Of a stretch of 40,705 nucleotides of DNA, positions 36,432 to 40,705 are shown piece by piece; positions within the stretch are counted from its first letter, which is position 1, and the number at the start of each line of letters is the position of its first letter. Under the pieces are notes generated by a model. The model saw nothing but the letters and a program-made list of their open reading frames with translations. It had not been told where the DNA came from and ran no database searches. Origin of the DNA: a virus (Duplodnaviria > Caudoviricetes); IMG/VR virus record IMGVR_UViG_3300036778_000215, positions 1-40,705 of that record; one strand, written 5' to 3'. The translations under genes and the position numbers were made by a program.

Positions 36432-38157
36432 ATCGCAGAAGTTTAACGCCTCGATAAACTTCGGGGCGTCGCTCGATCCGTCAATGGCGCGTACGTTGAA
36501 ACAGCTGACGCGTGGTATTGACGACATCAGCGATGAGTCGGAGAAGGCGTCAAAAACGCAAACCGCCTGGATGCGGCAGATGAAAGAGGGTTCAGCCACC
36601 ACCACTTCTCAGATTAAGAAGATGGAGAAGGCTACCGAAACCCTCGTTAAAAAACAGGCGGCGCTGGAGAAACAGATCCGCGACGGTATCAAAGCCGGGA
36701 AAGACGTCTCGGATCTGGCGAACGAATATCAGCGCGTGGCCGCCGGTATTGGACGGGCAGAGCATGCGCTATCTCGCCTTAATTCGCAGCAGGACCGCGA
36801 AAACAAATTGGTAGATAAGCAAAAGCGTAAGCAGGCCCGGAATGAGCGTTATAAAAATGCGTTCCTTTCACCATCACAAACTGCCTGGGGGAAAGCCAAA
36901 GCTGCACCGGGTAACATGCTTGAGTCCGGGTTATCGATGGCTGGTGGTCTGCCGTTCGCCGCAGCAAAAGCGGCTGTTGGCGCTCCCGTTGCAATAGCGA
37001 AAATGGGCCTTGGTGTGGGAGCCGGCATCATTGGCGGTGTGCTGGCGCTCAATAAGAAAACAGCAGAAGAATATCGTCTTGCCAAACAGTACGGCATGTC
37101 TTTCAAGAGCTATAAAGCTGGCAGCATTCTGGCTGAACAGGCAGGCCTCAATGGCGAGAATTACGGTGATTTGTCGGAAGAGTTGAGTAACAAGCTGGGG
37201 GAGCAGGGGAACGATAAAACGTTAAACCCACTGCTTGCGCAGATTGGTATGAACAAGACGCAGCTTAAAGGAACCAAACAACAGCAGTTTGATAAGGTCA
37301 TGCAGGCCATTAGCGTCGGGATCCAGAATAAATCCATGACCGCACAGCAGGGGGAATCACTTGCCGATCAGTTGATGGGTGGTGAGGCCAACAAGTTGAT
37401 GACCTACATTGCGAACACCGGAAAATCCTATAAAGAGGTGATGGATAACGCTGCGGACCTCAATAACATCTCTGAGGATGAGGCCAGAGGGGCGGTAGAG
37501 TCGAGCCAGACGATCAGCAATATCTGGACGTCGGCTGAAACCGCGCTACAGGGCATTGCCGGTGAGCTTGGGGCTGCGTTTGAACCCCAGTTAAAAGCGT
37601 GGGAGCAGCAGGCCACTCAGTGGATCAGCAACAATAAACAGCTGATCGTCAATGACATAACTGAATGGGTTAATGGTGGTGGACCTAAGCGCATTGTCGA
37701 TGGGCTTGAGAAGTTTGGTAGCGCTGTGTCAACGGTTGCTGGTTGGATTGAATCGCTTTTGCCAGATAAAACTGCAGATCAGGAAAAAATTAAACAGTAC
37801 ATGTCCTACGGTAATTCAATGGCTGGGGGTCAAGAGTTGGCGAAGGAATATGGACTGGAAGACTGGTTCGAAAAGCAACATTTCGACGATCCTTCCGTTA
37901 TTGCAGGGCTTCGAGGGGAAGCCAGAGTATCTGATCGTGTCACATTTGATGAAAAAACTTTCGGTGTGCCTGTACCATCGATGAAATCCTTGGCATCTCA
38001 ACAGACTAATCATGTTGCAATAACTGTGAATGCTGCACCTGGGCAGAGCCCAGAGGACATTGGTCAGTCCGTATATCAAAAATATAGCGAAGCTATATCT
38101 GGTGATGGCACCGTGAACCAGTCTTCTGGAGCGACTTTTGACCTACCACAGTTCTAA
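36421..38157 (+). CDS. Tape measure protein
   Basis: Helical Ala/Gln/Lys-rich 578-aa protein after the chaperone. Confidence 0.88.
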   Translation: MAPKSQKFNASINFGASLDPSMARTLKQLTRGIDDISDESEKASKTQTAWMRQMKEGSATTTSQIKKMEKATETLVKKQAALEKQIRDGIKAGKDVSDLANEYQRVAAGIGRAEHALSRLNSQQDRENKLVDKQKRKQARNERYKNAFLSPSQTAWGKAKAAPGNMLESGLSMAGGLPFAAAKAAVGAPVAIAKMGLGVGAGIIGGVLALNKKTAEEYRLAKQYGMSFKSYKAGSILAEQAGLNGENYGDLSEELSNKLGEQGNDKTLNPLLAQIGMNKTQLKGTKQQQFDKVMQAISVGIQNKSMTAQQGESLADQLMGGEANKLMTYIANTGKSYKEVMDNAADLNNISEDEARGAVESSQTISNIWTSAETALQGIAGELGAAFEPQLKAWEQQATQWISNNKQLIVNDITEWVNGGGPKRIVDGLEKFGSAVSTVAGWIESLLPDKTADQEKIKQYMSYGNSMAGGQELAKEYGLEDWFEKQHFDDPSVIAGLRGEARVSDRVTFDEKTFGVPVPSMKSLASQQTNHVAITVNAAPGQSPEDIGQSVYQKYSEAISGDGTVNQSSGATFDLPQF

Positions 38158-38166
38158 GCGTTCTTT

Positions 38167-38571
38167 TTAGTTAGGCACAATCATTTCACAATTGGAAAGC
38201 TGCAAATAACCATCAGCTTTCCCTGGTGAGGAACATAATGCCTCGATAAAACTACCTTTTTTTAGATTTACGATATTGTCGTCAACTTTCTTAAATATTA
38301 AATTGACGTGTTCCATAGCATTCTCTCCTTCAACCGTTACCACTGGCTTGCCGTCATTGTTTTCGTCGACGGAAATAGCAGTGGCTACAATGACCAGCGT
38401 TTTACCAGCATATTTCTGTTTTGCGGAAATAGCGTTTTCATTAAACTCTTTGCTCAAAATATCCGCGCCACGAGGGTGGTCGCCAATCTCACTTGGGATA
38501 TCGGCAATTTTTATTTCAGCTGATGTTTGAAAGCAAAGTAACGCGAATATTAAAAGTATAAATTTATTCAT
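38167..38571 (-). CDS. Exported OB-fold-like protein (moron)
   Basis: Signal peptide; F.EN.ISAK.KY.GK...LKKG pattern; AT-rich; opposite strand. Confidence 0.72.
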   Translation of the reverse strand: MNKFILLIFALLCFQTSAEIKIADIPSEIGDHPRGADILSKEFNENAISAKQKYAGKTLVIVATAISVDENNDGKPVVTVEGENAMEHVNLIFKKVDDNIVNLKKGSFIEALCSSPGKADGYLQLSNCEMIVPN

Positions 38572-38599
38572 TTCTTACGGCCCGTTTATTGGAGGTTTT

Positions 38600-38806
38600 A
38601 TGGAGTATAGGACCAAAGATGGTGATCGTTTAGACATTATATGCGTGCGGCACTATGTCACCGTCAACAACACATTTGAAGCAGTGCTCTATGCAACGGA
38701 AAACTACGATCTGACCTCATCAGAAATATTTGATGCAGGCGTCACATTCTCTCTCCCAGTAGTGAAACCGGCAGAGAAAAAAATCGAAAATTCATTGTGG
38801 GACTGA
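38600..38806 (+). CDS. Tail protein gpX (LysM-like)
   Basis: YRTKDGD.LD.IC.RHY, C-terminal LWD. Confidence 0.9.
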   Translation: MEYRTKDGDRLDIICVRHYVTVNNTFEAVLYATENYDLTSSEIFDAGVTFSLPVVKPAEKKIENSLWD

Positions 38807-38809
38807 TTT

Positions 38810-39853
38810 ATGCCGTACATCGACACTGGTAGCCGGCCGTGGCAGCCAAACATCACGATCCACGTTGAAGGTGAAGATATTACAGATGCTGTTCGGGAAA
38901 ACCTTATAAATCTGACGTTAAAGGATTATGGTGCTGGCTCCAAACAAAGTGATCAGCTTTCTTTTTCCGTTGTTTCACCTGATATGAAATTACCCGCAAA
39001 GGGGGTGAAAATATCGATTGCGTTGGGCTTCGGCAGCACCTTAGTCAACAAAGGCACGTTTGTGGTGGACTCTCGCACTTCTGGTGGATCTTCATCTCAA
39101 CCACGGGTTGTTGAGATTGTCGCCAAAGCCTTTTCAAAGACAAACGAACGCGGCTACGGCACATTGCAGTCGCAGAAAACACGCTCGTTTAACAGTGGAA
39201 TTACGCTCGGAGATCTAGTGAATTCTATTGCCTCCGAATACGGGCTCACCGGCAGAGTTGATTCGAAATTGGTCAGCCAGCAGATATCCCATATTGATCA
39301 GGTCGGGGAGAGTGACATGAACCTGCTGACTCGCATCGCGGCGCGGTATGGTGCCGTGAGCAAAGTTACGCATGATTACTGGGTTCTGACGCCACGAGGA
39401 TCTGATACCACAGTCAGCGGGCAGCCGTTGCCTAATAGAACCATCACTCCAGATATGTGCAGTAACTGGCGCTATCACGATAACAGCGATCACCCTGATA
39501 GTAGCAAATCAGGGAAGGGAACTGTTGTTGTGAGTTACCGAGATATGGGCGACGGCGGCAGAATAAAAACCCTGACTGTTGGCAGTGGTGAGCCGGTTAC
39601 TCATTATCCTGTGCCACAGAAAGATATTGAAGGCGCTCGGATAGTTGCTGGTGGTTGTAGTGTCCACAGTTCGAAAAAGCTGACGGGAATGTCCCTGGTT
39701 CTACCAGCAACGCCAGAAATGATGCCAATGACGGCAGAGGGGAAAATCACCACCAGTGGCTTCGGAAGCGTGGAAGACAGGGAGTGGAAAATTGCATCGC
39801 TTGATTTCCGTCTTTCTGAGCAGGGATTTTCTCTCAGCCTGGATCTGGAGTGA
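38810..39853 (+). CDS. Baseplate hub gpD-like protein
   Basis: LGFG..L..KGTF.VD, KTRSF, HIDQ.GESD.NLLTR. Confidence 0.92.
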   Translation: MPYIDTGSRPWQPNITIHVEGEDITDAVRENLINLTLKDYGAGSKQSDQLSFSVVSPDMKLPAKGVKISIALGFGSTLVNKGTFVVDSRTSGGSSSQPRVVEIVAKAFSKTNERGYGTLQSQKTRSFNSGITLGDLVNSIASEYGLTGRVDSKLVSQQISHIDQVGESDMNLLTRIAARYGAVSKVTHDYWVLTPRGSDTTVSGQPLPNRTITPDMCSNWRYHDNSDHPDSSKSGKGTVVVSYRDMGDGGRIKTLTVGSGEPVTHYPVPQKDIEGARIVAGGCSVHSSKKLTGMSLVLPATPEMMPMTAEGKITTSGFGSVEDREWKIASLDFRLSEQGFSLSLDLE

Positions 39854-39908
39854 CAGTAATTTCCTCATGGCATGTCAGAGTAAAGTGGGGCATTGCCCCA
39901 CATGGCAT

Positions 39909-40238
39909 TCAGTCATAAAGCCATTTCCCAGCCTTTGCTGATTCGATAATCATGTTAACTGAAAGTGGCTTTATTTCTGGCTCTGGTGATGGTCTCTTTT
40001 GCCAGAATGGGTACTCGTACTCAAAATAGTTCCTGCCATCAAAGTTAGAATATTCAATGTTAAACTTATCAAACAGGTCTAAAAGAAAGTCTTGAGCATC
40101 TTCCGGTACAAACCGGAAATCATCCTGTAGAGTCCATTCTTTAGTGACCTGTTTAAGGTCCGGTTTGAACCAACGCTCCCTGATTGGATATCGCGCCATG
40201 ATATACGCGATAACATCAGCTTCGTAATCTCTGCTCAT
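39909..40238 (-). CDS. DUF1493-like protein
   Basis: TLQDD, F.NYF, C-terminal L.V.M.IESAKAGKWLYD. Confidence 0.8.
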   Translation of the reverse strand: MSRDYEADVIAYIMARYPIRERWFKPDLKQVTKEWTLQDDFRFVPEDAQDFLLDLFDKFNIEYSNFDGRNYFEYEYPFWQKRPSPEPEIKPLSVNMIIESAKAGKWLYD

Positions 40239-40705
40239 CAGAAGGATGTCCAGGCAATGTGGTCTTTAGGACGGGCAATGAGGTTATATTTATCGCGTGT
40301 CCGCTTGGCTACTAGCTGGACAGTAACAATCAATTCAGCGTAACCGAGGAACGGAACCCAGCGACCGAGAAAGGTTGCAATTTTGCTTGTGGGTACCATT
40401 TTGAGCTTTGAAAACTTACCCATGGGTGCACTAGGTCTGAGTCCAAATGGGAAGCGGGCATCCTTGAGCAATCGTCTTGAAACTATCGACGCAATGCTTG
40501 TGCCTGGTGTGTTGTGTGCTGCATCTAGTTTCCCTGAAACGCGTATGAATGGTTGGCCTACTAATATTAAGCTAACACCTTCCGTTGTCATCCCTAAAGA
40601 GTCTGCCAGCTGTTCAATAAAAATAAGGTCGAAAAGTTCACCAGCAGACAGATTAGAGTGCCCGTGGTAGAAGTACGTTCCGTTACTCTCTTCTGTAGTA
40701 TCCAT
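40238..40705 (-). CDS. STM2901-like protein
   Basis: MDTTEE.NGTYFY.G.SNL, TPGTSIAS, FLGRWVPFLG; TGATG coupling to the DUF1493 gene. Confidence 0.75.
   Translation of the reverse strand: MDTTEESNGTYFYHGHSNLSAGELFDLIFIEQLADSLGMTTEGVSLILVGQPFIRVSGKLDAAHNTPGTSIASIVSRRLLKDARFPFGLRPSAPMGKFSKLKMVPTSKIATFLGRWVPFLGYAELIVTVQLVAKRTRDKYNLIARPKDHIAWTSF

Larger units (their letters stand above)
1..40705. mobile_element. Temperate prophage: lambdoid early and head modules with P2-like contractile tail
   Basis: Continuous integration, immunity, replication, packaging, head and tail modules without obvious frameshifts. Confidence 0.95.

Noticed and set aside
27220-39853. Stand-alone tailocin or eCIS
   Set aside because: The tail genes are contiguous with intact terminase, portal, capsid, replication and integration genes.

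Overview
The window is a near-complete temperate prophage of an Enterobacterales host. It runs from the integrase stop codon to accessory genes past the last tail gene; no att site is visible. The early region is lambdoid (SfV/CPS-53/e14-like): int-xis, DEDD exonuclease, YfdP/Q/R-like genes, CI/Cro switch with readable operators, CII-like/YmfL, KilA antirepressor, replication initiator with iterons, Dam, DUF968 and Q. It is joined to a lambda/Gifsy-type cos-terminase-portal-ClpP/capsid head and a P2-like contractile tail. Main oddities: (1) the ~1.15 kb pL leader is an array of stem-closed RNA domains, including a DicF-like hairpin complementary to the ftsZ ribosome-binding site; (2) GUGCAG-loop hairpins recur in front of three ribosome-binding sites; (3) the usual lysis cassette after Q is replaced by morons, including a secreted His-Pro repeat protein and two glycosyltransferase genes (three GT domains) abutting cos; (4) the endolysin sits inside the tail module with two small lipoproteins and no recognisable holin; (5) there are two tail-tube paralogues. 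All family assignments come from motif recognition by eye, not from database searches.
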